Below are positions 29,274-39,239 of a stretch of DNA of 51,428 nucleotides, piece after piece. The position numbers were made by a program, and so were the translations under genes. Every line of letters begins with the position of its first letter. Within the stretch, counting starts at the first letter, position 1. The notes below the pieces were generated by a model. The model did no database searches and was not told the DNA's origin. It was given only the letters and a program-made list of their open reading frames with translations. Origin of the DNA: Acaryochloridaceae cyanobacterium VAR_48_metabat_390. GTDB lineage: Bacteria; Cyanobacteriota; Cyanobacteriia; Thermosynechococcales; Thermosynechococcaceae. Location of the stretch: positions 1 to 51,428 of the forward strand of contig JANPLU010000113.1 in the NCBI GenBank assembly GCA_031422435.1, given 5' to 3'.

Positions 29274-30620
29274 TTACTGGTTAAGAGACGGTTGAGATTG
29301 CGGGCGGGCTGCGCCATTAGAGACAGTCGGAACCATTGACCCAGCCTTTGATTGAATCAGTTTAGAGACGCTTTGAACCGCTTTAACGTATTGAGGGTCT
29401 GATTGCGACGCCACCAGCTTAGGGTTATCAGACAGCGTTTTGGCTTGGGCTTTGGTCAATGGCACTACGACATCAGGCACAATCCCTTTGTGGTGAATAT
29501 CAGTTCCATTGGGGGTGAAATAACGGGCGATCGTTACGTTCAGCCCTGACCCTCCAGACAGCGGATTAACCTGCTGCACAATTCCCTTACCAAAGGTTTT
29601 GGTGCCCACAACCGTTGCCCGTCGATGATCCTTGAGCGCACCCGTCACAATTTCGCTAGCGCTGGCAGATCCCCCATCCACTAAAACGGTGAGCGGCAAC
29701 TGGGTGACGGCGGTTCGATCCGCTTCATCTGTGCTGCTTTCGCCACTGCGAATCACGGTTTTAACAATTGCGCCCTCATTAATCCACAGACGCGAAACGC
29801 CAACCGCCATAGACAGTAGACCACCTGGATTTTCTCTTAAATCTAAAATGAAGCCCTGCACCTTCTGTTTCTCAAGAGATTGAATGGCTTTCTTTACCTG
29901 TGTATCTGCATGATCGTCAAACTCTGAAAGGTGAATGTACCCAATGCGTTTGTTGCCTTCTTGCTTAACCGCAGAGGTAACAATGGTGACTTGAATAACT
30001 TGACGAGTGAGCGCCACGTCAAAAACGTTCTTGCCGCCACGGGTAATCTTGAGTTTGACGATGGTGTCTGGTTTGCCCCGAATGAGACTGACGGCTTTAT
30101 CAACTTCTAGTCCTTTAACGGGTTTGCCATCTACCGCAAGAATCTGATCGCCTGATTTGAGTCCTGCTCTAAATGCAGGAGAATCGATCATGGCTTCAAT
30201 GACCGTCAGTGCTTTGGTGGTTTTATCTAACGCGAGCTTTGCGCCAATGCCCGAGAGTTCTCCAGAGGTTTGCTGCCGTAACTCTGTAAATTTCTGAGGC
30301 TCTAAAAAGCGGGTGTAGGGGTCATCTAGCTTTTTGAGGGCGGTACGGATGGCTTCGTAGGCTTGCTCTTTGGAGCTATAGTTTTTGCTCAAGAGCTGTT
30401 GCCGCGTTGCCTGCCAGTCGGTGTGGTTAAACGAGCCGTCAACATAGGTTCGATTGACGATTTGCCAGACTTCATCAACCAAGGCTTTGGGGCTATCTTT
30501 TAACCCAGTGGTGGGGGTACTGCGTCCACTGTGAGGGGTTAAGAGGATGGTGCTGGTTGCAATCAATCCGCCGAGGGCAAAGAAACCAAGGGCGCGGAAT
30601 GGATGTGAGGTTTGATTCAT
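29274..30620 (-). CDS. Carboxyl-terminal processing protease (S41A, CtpA/B/C family)
   Basis: Signal peptide, LDDPYTRF, PDZ domain, LDLRENPGGLL, SASASEI, TFGKG; N-terminus more like CtpB/C. Confidence 0.93.
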   Translation of the reverse strand: MNQTSHPFRALGFFALGGLIATSTILLTPHSGRSTPTTGLKDSPKALVDEVWQIVNRTYVDGSFNHTDWQATRQQLLSKNYSSKEQAYEAIRTALKKLDDPYTRFLEPQKFTELRQQTSGELSGIGAKLALDKTTKALTVIEAMIDSPAFRAGLKSGDQILAVDGKPVKGLEVDKAVSLIRGKPDTIVKLKITRGGKNVFDVALTRQVIQVTIVTSAVKQEGNKRIGYIHLSEFDDHADTQVKKAIQSLEKQKVQGFILDLRENPGGLLSMAVGVSRLWINEGAIVKTVIRSGESSTDEADRTAVTQLPLTVLVDGGSASASEIVTGALKDHRRATVVGTKTFGKGIVQQVNPLSGGSGLNVTIARYFTPNGTDIHHKGIVPDVVVPLTKAQAKTLSDNPKLVASQSDPQYVKAVQSVSKLIQSKAGSMVPTVSNGAARPQSQPSLNQ

Positions 30621-30788
30621 AGGTTGAATAGGCTCATGCTCAGCAAGGCTTTCTATCGATCTAGGATAGTCTTTCTTTTTGGGTATTGGGGTTTATGACC
30701 GATTCAATCTACCGCAATCAACGCAGAATTGACCCTTGAGGTGCTTCAAATTAGCTAGGATAGGTCAAGCCCTAAAATAATATGACTG

Positions 30789-31016
30789 ATGAATAATCCT
30801 TCGCTGCGGTCAATGCCCCGCGACCAGAAAGCCGCTCCTTTTCCACGCAATACTGATGGCTCCATTCTAGGATGGCTAGAGCAATCGGGTCGCTTTATGG
30901 ATCGAGAAGTCTTTATTGACCCTGCACTGCTAGAAGAAAATGAACTCAGCACTGAGCTAATGGGCGGTGATGACTACGGTGATGATGACGATGAATCAGA
31001 AGATCAAGAGGATTAA
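30789..31016 (+). CDS. DUF3134 family protein
   Basis: NPSLR..PR.Q.A...SILGWLEQSGR with acidic tail. Confidence 0.8.
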   Translation: MNNPSLRSMPRDQKAAPFPRNTDGSILGWLEQSGRFMDREVFIDPALLEENELSTELMGGDDYGDDDDESEDQED

Positions 31017-31127
31017 CCCGCTTATTTTACAGTCTGAAGCAAAGTCTTCGGCTAGGACAGTGATTTCCCGAAAAGCGTGTGAGCGCTGGTCAAACATAAG
31101 GTAGAGCTGGCTCTAAAGGCTGGATTG

Positions 31128-31157
31128 AGGGGTTGATGTCGTCAACCCCTTGTTTTT
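31128..31157 (+). terminator. Intrinsic terminator
   Basis: AGGGGTTGA / TCAACCCCT stem followed by TGTTTTT. Confidence 0.7.
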
Positions 31158-31348
31158 GTGAAATCGCGTTAAGCTAGCCTACCCAAAGCCTGAACTAAAG
31201 CCTACGTCCTTCAGTCGAAATCCATTCAGGCAGGATCAAAGATTGACTTAATTCTCTTTGTGACTAAAGTGTTGAGAGGGATTTAGACGTTCTGGGTCTA
31301 ATCGCCTCAAAGCAAATGATTGATAATGCCTGCTGCGGAGAAGTTTTA

Positions 31349-32614
31349 ATGAAGCTGAGATTCCTTTCGGTGTCTGTGTTAGGTGCGCTGGCAATCGCTC
31401 TACCGCCCGCATCAGCCAATACCCTCACTTCTTGGAAATTTGATGCCCAGCGCGATCGTCTTAGCTTTACCACCGATGAAGAAGTGCGACCTGTTGCCAA
31501 AATCATCGGCGATCCAACCCGTGTGGTGATTGATTTGCCTGGGATTCGGCTGAAGCGGCCTAAAATATTGAGTGCGCTGAGCGGTAAGTATAAATCTTTG
31601 CGGATTGGTCAATTTAACGCTCAAACCACACGACTTGTGGTTGAGCTAGATCCTGGCTATAACGTTGACCCTAAACGTATTAAGGTTCAGGCTAATTCAC
31701 GGCGCAATTGGTCTTTAGTTTTACCAGAAGCTGGGCAAGGTAACGATCAGCCAGAAGCACCACTTGCGGTTCCGGCGGTTCATCCAGATTTTATCCGCAA
31801 CGGCAGCATCGGCGGCGTACTGTCCGTTGGGCAAGAAATGCGATGGCTAGAGCAACGCCTTGCGGCAGTTAACAGCCGCTATCCGGTTGTAACCCCTGGC
31901 CTGTTTATTTTAGATCTCAGTACCGGAGACTATGCTGATCTCAATGGTGGTAAGACATTTCCTGCCGCCAGCGTCATTAAGCTGCCCATTTTGATAGCCT
32001 TTTTTCAGGATGTGGATGCAGGCAAAGTTACCCTGAGCGAGAAACTGGTGATGCGACCTGAACTTATCGGGTCGGGTTCTGGCTATATGCAAGATTTAGC
32101 CCCTTGGTCTTCTTTCTCGGCGCAGTACACCGTCGGCAAAATGATTGAAACCAGCGATAATACTGCCACCAATATGATTATTAAGCGATTAGGGGGCGCA
32201 AAAGTCTTAAATCAGCGCTTCCGCAGTTGGGGTTTGCAGGATACGGCGATTCGCAATTGGCTACCCGATCTAACGGGAACAAATACCGTCAGCGCCCATG
32301 ATTTGGCCTTAATTTTGACCAAATTAGCAAAGGGGAATTTGCTCTCAAATAGCAGCAAAGCCCGTGCGATCGCCATTCTCAAAACCTGCCGTACCCGTAG
32401 TCTGCTGGTGCCTGGGATTGGCCCTGGAGCAGAAATTGCCCACAAAACCGGAGACATAGGGTTTGCGATTGGGGATGCGGGCATTGTCTACATGCCGAAC
32501 GGCAGGCAGTACATTGCGGCGGTGATGCTGCGACGACCCTATGATGACCCACGGGGGCGAGATTATGTTCAGTCAATTTCTCGTCTGACCTATTCTTATT
32601 TCTCTAATCGCTGA
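31349..32614 (+). CDS. AMIN domain plus class A beta-lactamase-like serine hydrolase
   Basis: Signal peptide, AMIN (PTRVVIDLPG, RIGQF..QTTRLVVEL), SVIK, SDN and KTG motifs. Confidence 0.88.
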   Translation: MKLRFLSVSVLGALAIALPPASANTLTSWKFDAQRDRLSFTTDEEVRPVAKIIGDPTRVVIDLPGIRLKRPKILSALSGKYKSLRIGQFNAQTTRLVVELDPGYNVDPKRIKVQANSRRNWSLVLPEAGQGNDQPEAPLAVPAVHPDFIRNGSIGGVLSVGQEMRWLEQRLAAVNSRYPVVTPGLFILDLSTGDYADLNGGKTFPAASVIKLPILIAFFQDVDAGKVTLSEKLVMRPELIGSGSGYMQDLAPWSSFSAQYTVGKMIETSDNTATNMIIKRLGGAKVLNQRFRSWGLQDTAIRNWLPDLTGTNTVSAHDLALILTKLAKGNLLSNSSKARAIAILKTCRTRSLLVPGIGPGAEIAHKTGDIGFAIGDAGIVYMPNGRQYIAAVMLRRPYDDPRGRDYVQSISRLTYSYFSNR

Positions 32615-32728
32615 GGCGACGGCTCCGGTACGTCACTCAATTCGATAAGACGTTAAGAACCCACAGATTTTGGGAATGCTGATTTATATCAATACGATGA
32701 GTGAACGCCGCATCTGGGCGAGAGCAAT

Positions 32729-33091
32729 ATGTATCAGGCCAATAGCTATAAAAACGTCATGGAGCTACTGATTGATGATGAAATTGATCGGCAGACATGC
32801 AGCTACTCTCAAATAGAAGCGCAACAGATTAACCGAATTGAGGTAGCAACCTATGCGCTCAACCGCGTTCCACCTTTGTATGCCTCTAGCCAAGAAGGGA
32901 TTGAACGTCAGTATGAGCGAGGGTTGTCGGAATTTAGCGATCGCATCATGGCGACGGTTACTCAGGCATTAAACAAGGTGCATCAAAACCCTCATGCTAA
33001 GGCCACGCCATTGCCTCGTTTAGAAGAGGCGGTTGAAACGGAAGTTACCTTTTCTGAACAGGATCTTAAGGAAATTTCAACTTGGTTTTAA
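32729..33091 (+). CDS. ComFB family protein
   Basis: YKNVMELL, EVATYALNRVPPLYASS, V.QNP motifs. Confidence 0.85.
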   Translation: MYQANSYKNVMELLIDDEIDRQTCSYSQIEAQQINRIEVATYALNRVPPLYASSQEGIERQYERGLSEFSDRIMATVTQALNKVHQNPHAKATPLPRLEEAVETEVTFSEQDLKEISTWF

Positions 33092-33122
33092 AAGGTAGAT
33101 GTTTGATTTGCCTCAATAGCCT

Positions 33123-33767
33123 CTAGTTCACCCTAGAAGAGCCTTCAGAGCAAATGAAGGTTGAATAGGTAAATTTTGGCGCGGCAGGAGGCGTTTGAGA
33201 AGGAACGTTTGTTCTACACATGCCCGTCACGGGAATACTGCCTTCTACGGCATAAACTGCGCCTGTGTAGCTGGCAAACCCAGGTTGTTTGGCGATCGCA
33301 ACCATGATGGCCTTCGCGGTATCGGCCTGACGTACTTCGAGGCGATATTCTTCTGTGTCTATGGGCGTATCTGAGGCAAGTTGCTTGAGGTCGCTGGTAA
33401 ATTTGCCCTTAACGAGCTTTTCGGCCTGTTGGGACAGCAGCAAAATGCCGAGGTAGGTTCTGCCCGTATCTTGTTTAGCGATCGCCACTTTGTCAGAAAG
33501 TTTTTTGCGTAGATCGTTGATCAAGTTCGGGTCTAGATTCGGCTCTGCTGTAGCGGAAGGGGATGGGGTCGCTGAAGATTCTGAAGATAAAGATGGAACT
33601 GAGGCAGATGGCGTTGAGCTGCTGGGTGTTGCGGCTGCTGAAGACTGAGCCACCGACGAAGTGGGAGAAGGTGCTGTAACCGTGTGGGTTGAGCAGCCCG
33701 TTATGATTAGACCCGCTGTGCTGCCGGCAAGGCCGATGAACCGCAATTTTGAAAAACAATAAGCCAT
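33123..33767 (-). CDS. Lipoprotein with type IV pilin-like G/H domain
   Basis: Lipobox ITGC, S/P/T-rich linker, QQA....GKFT..L, SY.GAV, terminal Cys pair. Confidence 0.7.
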   Translation of the reverse strand: MAYCFSKLRFIGLAGSTAGLIITGCSTHTVTAPSPTSSVAQSSAAATPSSSTPSASVPSLSSESSATPSPSATAEPNLDPNLINDLRKKLSDKVAIAKQDTGRTYLGILLLSQQAEKLVKGKFTSDLKQLASDTPIDTEEYRLEVRQADTAKAIMVAIAKQPGFASYTGAVYAVEGSIPVTGMCRTNVPSQTPPAAPKFTYSTFICSEGSSRVN

Positions 33768-33826
33768 ACTGGCGCAGTAGACCGTTTATAAAAAATGAGC
33801 TGTATTTCTACAGACTTATTCTGTCA

Positions 33827-34378
33827 TCAAACACTAAACATTCGCCGAACATCAATTTGTATATCGGGGAAAGCTGTGGGCGAGATTACACCAGCAGTTA
33901 ACGTTAGCTCAGTGCGATAGTTGCCAGCTACTAAATCACGAAACACAATAAGCTGTAAATCTTTTAAGTTCACTACCCAATATTCCGAGATGCCTGCGTC
34001 TGCATAAGCATCCTTTTTCGTTGTCAAATCTTTGGCTAGGGTTGTATTGGAATACTCAATCAGCCAAAAAACATTTTCGGGGTAAGGATGGTGGTCTAGA
34101 TAAACCGTATCAAGGGGCTGCACCACCGCAATATCTGGCTGTGGCTCTGAATTGTTCGGCAACGTAATGGGTCTGGCTTCACGCACTTGTACGCGCGCTC
34201 CTAATCGGTTTTGTAGCACCTTAGAGAGGCGATCGCTGAAATAGGTATGGGGTTCTCCCTCTGGCGGCATGACAACCAGGTCTCCTTGTAATAATTCCAC
34301 AGGCTGCTCGTCAAATATGCCTGACTCAACGGCCTGATGATAGCGATCAATCGTCCATTTATAGATTGCAACGGTCAT
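33827..34378 (-). CDS. Uma2 family endonuclease (DUF820)
   Basis: VELLQG, SEPQPDIAV, LIEYS.TTL..D...K...YA.AGI.EYWVVNL. Confidence 0.92.
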   Translation of the reverse strand: MTVAIYKWTIDRYHQAVESGIFDEQPVELLQGDLVVMPPEGEPHTYFSDRLSKVLQNRLGARVQVREARPITLPNNSEPQPDIAVVQPLDTVYLDHHPYPENVFWLIEYSNTTLAKDLTTKKDAYADAGISEYWVVNLKDLQLIVFRDLVAGNYRTELTLTAGVISPTAFPDIQIDVRRMFSV

Positions 34379-34455
34379 AACGGTTCCTCAAAGGAAGAAA
34401 CTGAGTAATCTTTTTAAGCGTGGCTTACGGCAGGGCTGAAGGGGTTGGGTAATTC

Positions 34456-35343
34456 TTAAACCCGCTGTCTTGCCGCACTTTGATACGCGCCTTCATCTAA
34501 ACCACAAGCTGCCAACCGTGCATCCTGGTCGCAGCGATTGGTAGGACCTGAGCGAATGGCACTATCCAATGCTCTGAGTCGATCGGGCACAGCCGGATGG
34601 GTACTCAAAATGGTAGGACTGCCCCCACTGCCTCGAAGGAGCTTGCGCATAAACGCAGGCATCTCGGATGTGGCATAGTTTGCGTCGCGGAGGGTTCGCA
34701 GCCCCACCTGATCGGCTTGATACTCGTCTTCTCGACTGAGAGGGCGACGCACCAGCAAATCAACCCCAATACTGGCAAGTTGGCTACGTCGTTCCCCCAA
34801 CAGTGCAGAGGCTAAACCTTGGGCAAGCATGGACTGTCTCATTTGCCCCAGCAGATGCTTACGCTCAATGTGCCCCATTTCGTGACCGATTACACTGGCA
34901 ACCTGCGCTTCGTTATCGGCTGTTTTTAAAAGACCTGTTGTGACGTACACATAGCCGCCCATCGTGGCAAAGGCATTCACGTTGTTATCCTGGACTACAA
35001 AAAAGTTGTAAGGCAGTCTGGCACGGCGATTGAACGGCACGAGCCGCTGTCCGATGCCGGTCACATAGCGATTTAGCCCAGAATCTGAACTCAGCCGTAC
35101 CCCTTGAGACAACAGATTTTGGTGCATTTGAGCGCCGATGTTCATCTCTTGCTGATCTGAAAGGCTAGAGAGCTGTCCAGCCTGTATTCCGCGAAAGAGT
35201 AAATCCCCCAGCGGAATCGCCTGGGCTGAGGTAATGGCAGTGAAGGACAATAGGGCGATCGCCCCAAAGGACAGAACTCGGTTCAGCCAACGCCGATGAA
35301 CTAGAAGCAGCTTTTTGAGAAATCGAAGGCTATTTCGGATCAT
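34456..35343 (-). CDS. M48 family metallopeptidase
   Basis: VNAFATMGG, HEMGH zinc motif, SREDEYQAD, STHP. Confidence 0.92.
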   Translation of the reverse strand: MIRNSLRFLKKLLLVHRRWLNRVLSFGAIALLSFTAITSAQAIPLGDLLFRGIQAGQLSSLSDQQEMNIGAQMHQNLLSQGVRLSSDSGLNRYVTGIGQRLVPFNRRARLPYNFFVVQDNNVNAFATMGGYVYVTTGLLKTADNEAQVASVIGHEMGHIERKHLLGQMRQSMLAQGLASALLGERRSQLASIGVDLLVRRPLSREDEYQADQVGLRTLRDANYATSEMPAFMRKLLRGSGGSPTILSTHPAVPDRLRALDSAIRSGPTNRCDQDARLAACGLDEGAYQSAARQRV

Positions 35344-35547
35344 GATCACCACAGGCAAGTTGATATGTGCAGCCAGCAAATGTAGTTAAAGACGAGACCT
35401 GAAATTGGGATGTTTCCGGTTGCTAGAAAATTACCGCGCCATCGCTAATCCTGCGCAAGTGCGCGTTATTAGCCTACAAGTCATGATAGTCTGGCACCAG
35501 ATTCGCTGCTGTACGTTTATTGTCTCTCATTCTTTTGGCGCAACATC

Positions 35548-36072
35548 ATGGCATTTTTAGATAAAAAAGGCCGGCTATTTGGCAAAATTAGCATTTTAGA
35601 TATTGGCTTAGCATTGCTCCTGCTGCTGGTTTTGGTGGGCAGCTTTATGGTGCCTGGTAAATCGGGTCAATCGGCAGTGCAGGCCCAGCTCAACACAAAA
35701 GCCATTGAAATTGATGCCATTGTGATTGGCTTTAATGCCAGCAAGCCAACCGATATTCTCAAAGAAGGAGACAGCACCAGCATTATTATTCGCAACCAGC
35801 CCTACGGCGAAATTCAGCTCAAAAAGATTCAGCAGTTGCCTAAAACCGTGACGGCGTCCCAACCCAACGGCAGCGTCAAAGCCTTCCCCGATCCTCGACC
35901 TGAAAGTCGGTTCTCCAACAATCTTATTTTGACTTTGGAAGGCAAGGGACAAGTGACCAAAGAAGGACCTGTGCTGGGCAACATTCCGGTTAAGGTGGGC
36001 GTACCGATTGATCTAGACGGCAAGCTCTACAACTTCCGCGCCAGCATTATTGACGTGCGCGTCAAAGAATAA
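35548..36072 (+). CDS. DUF4330 family protein
   Basis: LDKKGRLFGKISILD, TM helix, IIIRNQPYG, PDPRPE. Confidence 0.85.
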   Translation: MAFLDKKGRLFGKISILDIGLALLLLLVLVGSFMVPGKSGQSAVQAQLNTKAIEIDAIVIGFNASKPTDILKEGDSTSIIIRNQPYGEIQLKKIQQLPKTVTASQPNGSVKAFPDPRPESRFSNNLILTLEGKGQVTKEGPVLGNIPVKVGVPIDLDGKLYNFRASIIDVRVKE

Positions 36073-36079
36073 TTGCGAC

Positions 36080-36111
36080 AAAAAACGCCGCACTGGAAAC
36101 CCAATGCGGCG
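36080..36111 (-). terminator. Terminator downstream of tRNA-Ser
   Basis: CGCCGCA / TGCGGCG stem with an A-tract at 36080-36085 (U-tract on the minus strand). Confidence 0.7.
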
Positions 36112-36132
36112 CTTGTACTTCAAATCCAAAAA

Positions 36133-36221
36133 CGGAGAGGGAGGGATTCGAACCCTCGGTACGATCTAAACCGTACAACAGATTAGCAATCTGCCGCTTT
36201 CGACCACTCAGCCACCTCTCC
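36133..36221 (-). tRNA. tRNA-Ser(GCT)
   Basis: Reverse complement GGAGAGGTGGCTGAGTGGTCGAAAGCGGCAGATTGCTAATCTG...GGTTCGAATCCCTCCCTCTCCG; long variable arm, anticodon GCT. Confidence 0.97.
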
Positions 36222-36351
36222 AGGTTTGCAAATATAACAATAGCAGATTTCGTCTCAAATCCAACAGGGTTTGAAGGTGTGATTCAATACTTATGAACGT
36301 AATCTATTCCAACCCCCCCGAAAACTGCACTTCAACGGACGGTTTAGCTTA

Positions 36352-37017
36352 ATGAGTGTCCCTGAATTTTTAGAAGCCCAACACCCCTTCGTTCAATCAC
36401 TCTGCCACGACAGCGATCGCCGCTTGGTTCAAAATCTTCAGCAGCGTCCTGATGAGGGTCGGTTTTTTACCGCAATTTATTGTCGGTACGGTGGGCTAAC
36501 CTATGTCTTAATCCGCAATATGGCGCGTGCTGCGCTGCAAACGGACTATCTGTTTGCGAGAGTCTGGCGCAATATCTTTTTTGAGCTGACCTATCTAGAT
36601 GTAGGTGAGCCGGAAGGAGTCGTCGCGATGGATGAGTTTTCGCTCCAAACCTGGATTTTTAACAAGGCGGCTCTGTGCGTCAATCAAGAAGAAGCGCCCG
36701 CCATTGAGTCGGTGCAGTATGCGCTCAATGTGGCACCGCCGCCGCTATGGTGTTACCTTCAAACGGCATTAGATCAGCTCCCAGCCCTGCATCGCCTGGT
36801 TTTAGTGCTTTCCCAAACCTTTCACTGGTCAGAGGCGCGGATTGTGGGCTTTCTGGAGTCTGAGGGACAGGTCGTTGAAGAGAAGGCGATCGCCAAAATG
36901 CAAGCCGAAGCCTACCAGCAGCTCCTCGAAATACTGCCCCAAGATATTCAGGCAATCTATTTCAACGTGCCACTGACTCAAACCTCAGAAAATGCTGAAG
37001 CCCCAGCAGTCAGTTGA
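36352..37017 (+). CDS. Sigma-70/ECF-like protein (cyanobacterial conserved)
   Basis: FTAIYCRYG..TY.LI and region-4-like LQTALDQLPALHRLVLVLSQTFHWS. Confidence 0.7.
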   Translation: MSVPEFLEAQHPFVQSLCHDSDRRLVQNLQQRPDEGRFFTAIYCRYGGLTYVLIRNMARAALQTDYLFARVWRNIFFELTYLDVGEPEGVVAMDEFSLQTWIFNKAALCVNQEEAPAIESVQYALNVAPPPLWCYLQTALDQLPALHRLVLVLSQTFHWSEARIVGFLESEGQVVEEKAIAKMQAEAYQQLLEILPQDIQAIYFNVPLTQTSENAEAPAVS

Positions 37018-37132
37018 AGCGTGAAAGGTTGTTTTTAAGACAGTTTACTGAAGTGAGCTGTGAGATAGTCTGTGACTAAACATCTAAAAAGCGATTCAGC
37101 TTGAGAGGATGTAGTCAAATCGTGGCACAAAG

Positions 37133-37483
37133 ATGAATACCAGTAGGATATTTAACAGCTCTCTGTTTTTACAGCCCACGGATGAAGAGCCAATCCGTTC
37201 GGTTGTGACGGAATCTAAGGATGCTGCGGTTGTGGCTTGGTATATTAAGCCAGGTCAGCAGATTGCGGCACATATCCATCCCAGTGGGCAAGATACCTGG
37301 ACAATTTTGGCGGGTCAGGGAGACTATTACCTCGATCAAAATGGTGCAACCCAAGCAATCATTGCAGGGGATGTTGTGATTGCGCCTGTCGGATGTGTTC
37401 ACGGCGTATTTAATAGCGGTCAAGAGCCACTGGTTTTTATTTCAGTGGTCTCACCCGCTGAGGCTGGGTATCAACTACTTTAG
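37133..37483 (+). CDS. Cupin domain protein
   Basis: HIHPSGQDTW.ILAGQG and GDVVIAPVGCVHGVFN cupin motifs. Confidence 0.88.
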   Translation: MNTSRIFNSSLFLQPTDEEPIRSVVTESKDAAVVAWYIKPGQQIAAHIHPSGQDTWTILAGQGDYYLDQNGATQAIIAGDVVIAPVGCVHGVFNSGQEPLVFISVVSPAEAGYQLL

Positions 37484-38082
37484 CTAGAACTGGCAGATTG
37501 CCTTTGGTATCGCCACTTCCAGGTTGTACTGGAGAGTAGGTTGGTTAAAACATGAGCGATGACTGGCACCATTAGGTTATGAGTCATGAGCGTGCTGTAG
37601 CCTAGGGCAAACCCCACAATAGAAGCCCACAGCACATAGGGCCACTGCTGAAGGCTGCTCATGTGCAGAATGCCAAAACAGATGCTAGATGCCGCTAAAC
37701 CAGTCCAATCTAATCCCAGCGAAGGCAGCATAACGCCCCGAAACAGCAGTTCCTCGCTCAGTCCGGGCAAAACGCCTAGCCAAAAAAGATCTGGCCATTC
37801 TAACGGCTTTAGAATGAGCTGTAGGTAGATATCGGCGGACTGCTGGTAGCGAGGCCAAAACTGATACAGCAGTGCACTGCACCCCGTAATGCCTAACCCT
37901 AAGCTGATGCCCCATAGGACATCTAAAGTGTTGAGCTGGATGGGAACTTGAGGGGTTGAATCTAGCCGCAGCCAGACCTTAGCCACCACTAGCAAAATAA
38001 CTGCCGTTATCCCCATCGCAATTAAGATTTGAGAGCGACTTAGGGGTTCAAATTCAGGTTGTTGAGACGTCGGCTTCACCAC
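37480..38082 (-). CDS. CPBP (CAAX/Abi) intramembrane glutamic protease
   Basis: EELLFRG, FGILH, AHVLTN motifs. Confidence 0.92.
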   Translation of the reverse strand: MVKPTSQQPEFEPLSRSQILIAMGITAVILLVVAKVWLRLDSTPQVPIQLNTLDVLWGISLGLGITGCSALLYQFWPRYQQSADIYLQLILKPLEWPDLFWLGVLPGLSEELLFRGVMLPSLGLDWTGLAASSICFGILHMSSLQQWPYVLWASIVGFALGYSTLMTHNLMVPVIAHVLTNLLSSTTWKWRYQRQSASSS

Positions 38083-38148
38083 GATAAGTATTTAGACGTA
38101 TTACGCCTTTTAAACGGTAGCAGGTTTACACTCTCTCAGACTGTTCTA

Positions 38149-39201
38149 CTAGAACGCTATGGGCAGCATTTTTGCGGTTAGAGCCTCTGGATTGATTCCT
38201 GTGCGCATCGCCACGAGCATCCCAATGGCTTCGCTGTAGGACTGGGCAGACCAAACAGACAGCCCCAGGGATTGAGGCGTGACGTTGAGGGTGGTGTGGT
38301 TTTCGGCAACCGTAATAATCTGAGTGCGGGTGCGGATCTGGCTCCAGATCAGAACGGCGCTCCCGCCACAGGCGCTCTCAGGAATCACGACAGCATCGAT
38401 GGCATCTGTACCTATGTCATGGGTCTGGAGTTCCCCTTTAATAAACTGCGGTGCGCGGCTAAGCCCCACTAAGACGCAGGGTAGAAAGGTATGGCCTAAT
38501 TCTTCTGCGGCAGAGCGAGGGCTAAGGTTAGGGTCTAGCGGCAAGGGCGAAAGGGCAGGTGCATGGGCACAGGGAACCCCAAAGGTTCGCACTAAAAGAT
38601 GACTAATGACGGCTTCTGCCCCTGCTAAGGGGTCAACGCCCTGACCGTGGCGATAGTTCAAAAGGGCTTGACTGCTGATGTTTTCAGGGAAGCGAGCCAC
38701 GACGGCGATCGCCGTAGCCCCCGCCTCATTAATCAACTTATCTGCGGCTCGAAGTAGGCTATCTGGATTTTGAATGGTGCCCCAAGTTGCACCCGAGGCA
38801 GCCGTATTGAGCGTGACGCCTAGGGGCTGATCGGTCAGCACGGCATCGGTCAGGCTTAGCCCCAACGTTGCCCGAGCCGCATCAGCAGCCTGAAGATGGC
38901 GAATCCGTAAATCTGGCTCAATCGACTGATCGAGAATTAGCCCAATGCGGTTGCCGTGAACAGGGCGCAGCCCCCAATGGCCTGCTGCAAACTGATCTAG
39001 GCCATAACCCTCAACATATAGGGCATTTGGAATCGGCCAGTAAAGCTGCGCCCCGTTGAGGACGTTGGGATGGGTAATGAGGCGATCGCAGATGCTGCCC
39101 ATAGCCCGTGCCACAGGCAAGGCATCCCCCGCGTAGCCACCAATGGCAGCGCCAATGCCTGTGGGGATAATGAGTGCAACGGTAAAAGGACGTGTAGTCA
39201 A
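38149..39201 (-). CDS. DUF3326 family protein
   Basis: IPTGIGAAIGGYAGDALP, THPNVLNGA, GVDPLAGAEAVISH, PRSAAEELG.TFLPCVL. Confidence 0.9.
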   Translation of the reverse strand: MTTRPFTVALIIPTGIGAAIGGYAGDALPVARAMGSICDRLITHPNVLNGAQLYWPIPNALYVEGYGLDQFAAGHWGLRPVHGNRIGLILDQSIEPDLRIRHLQAADAARATLGLSLTDAVLTDQPLGVTLNTAASGATWGTIQNPDSLLRAADKLINEAGATAIAVVARFPENISSQALLNYRHGQGVDPLAGAEAVISHLLVRTFGVPCAHAPALSPLPLDPNLSPRSAAEELGHTFLPCVLVGLSRAPQFIKGELQTHDIGTDAIDAVVIPESACGGSAVLIWSQIRTRTQIITVAENHTTLNVTPQSLGLSVWSAQSYSEAIGMLVAMRTGINPEALTAKMLPIAF

Positions 39202-39239
39202 TGGAGTGTCAGCACCTAAATGGGTCTATCTCTCTGGGT

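Noticed and set aside
31349..32614. Class A beta-lactamase as an antibiotic resistance gene
   Set aside because: The AMIN fusion points to the common cyanobacterial cell-wall PBP-A-like hydrolases; no mobile context.
33827..34378. Uma2 endonuclease as a defence system
   Set aside because: Uma2 genes are highly multicopy in cyanobacteria; this one is solitary with no partner defence genes.
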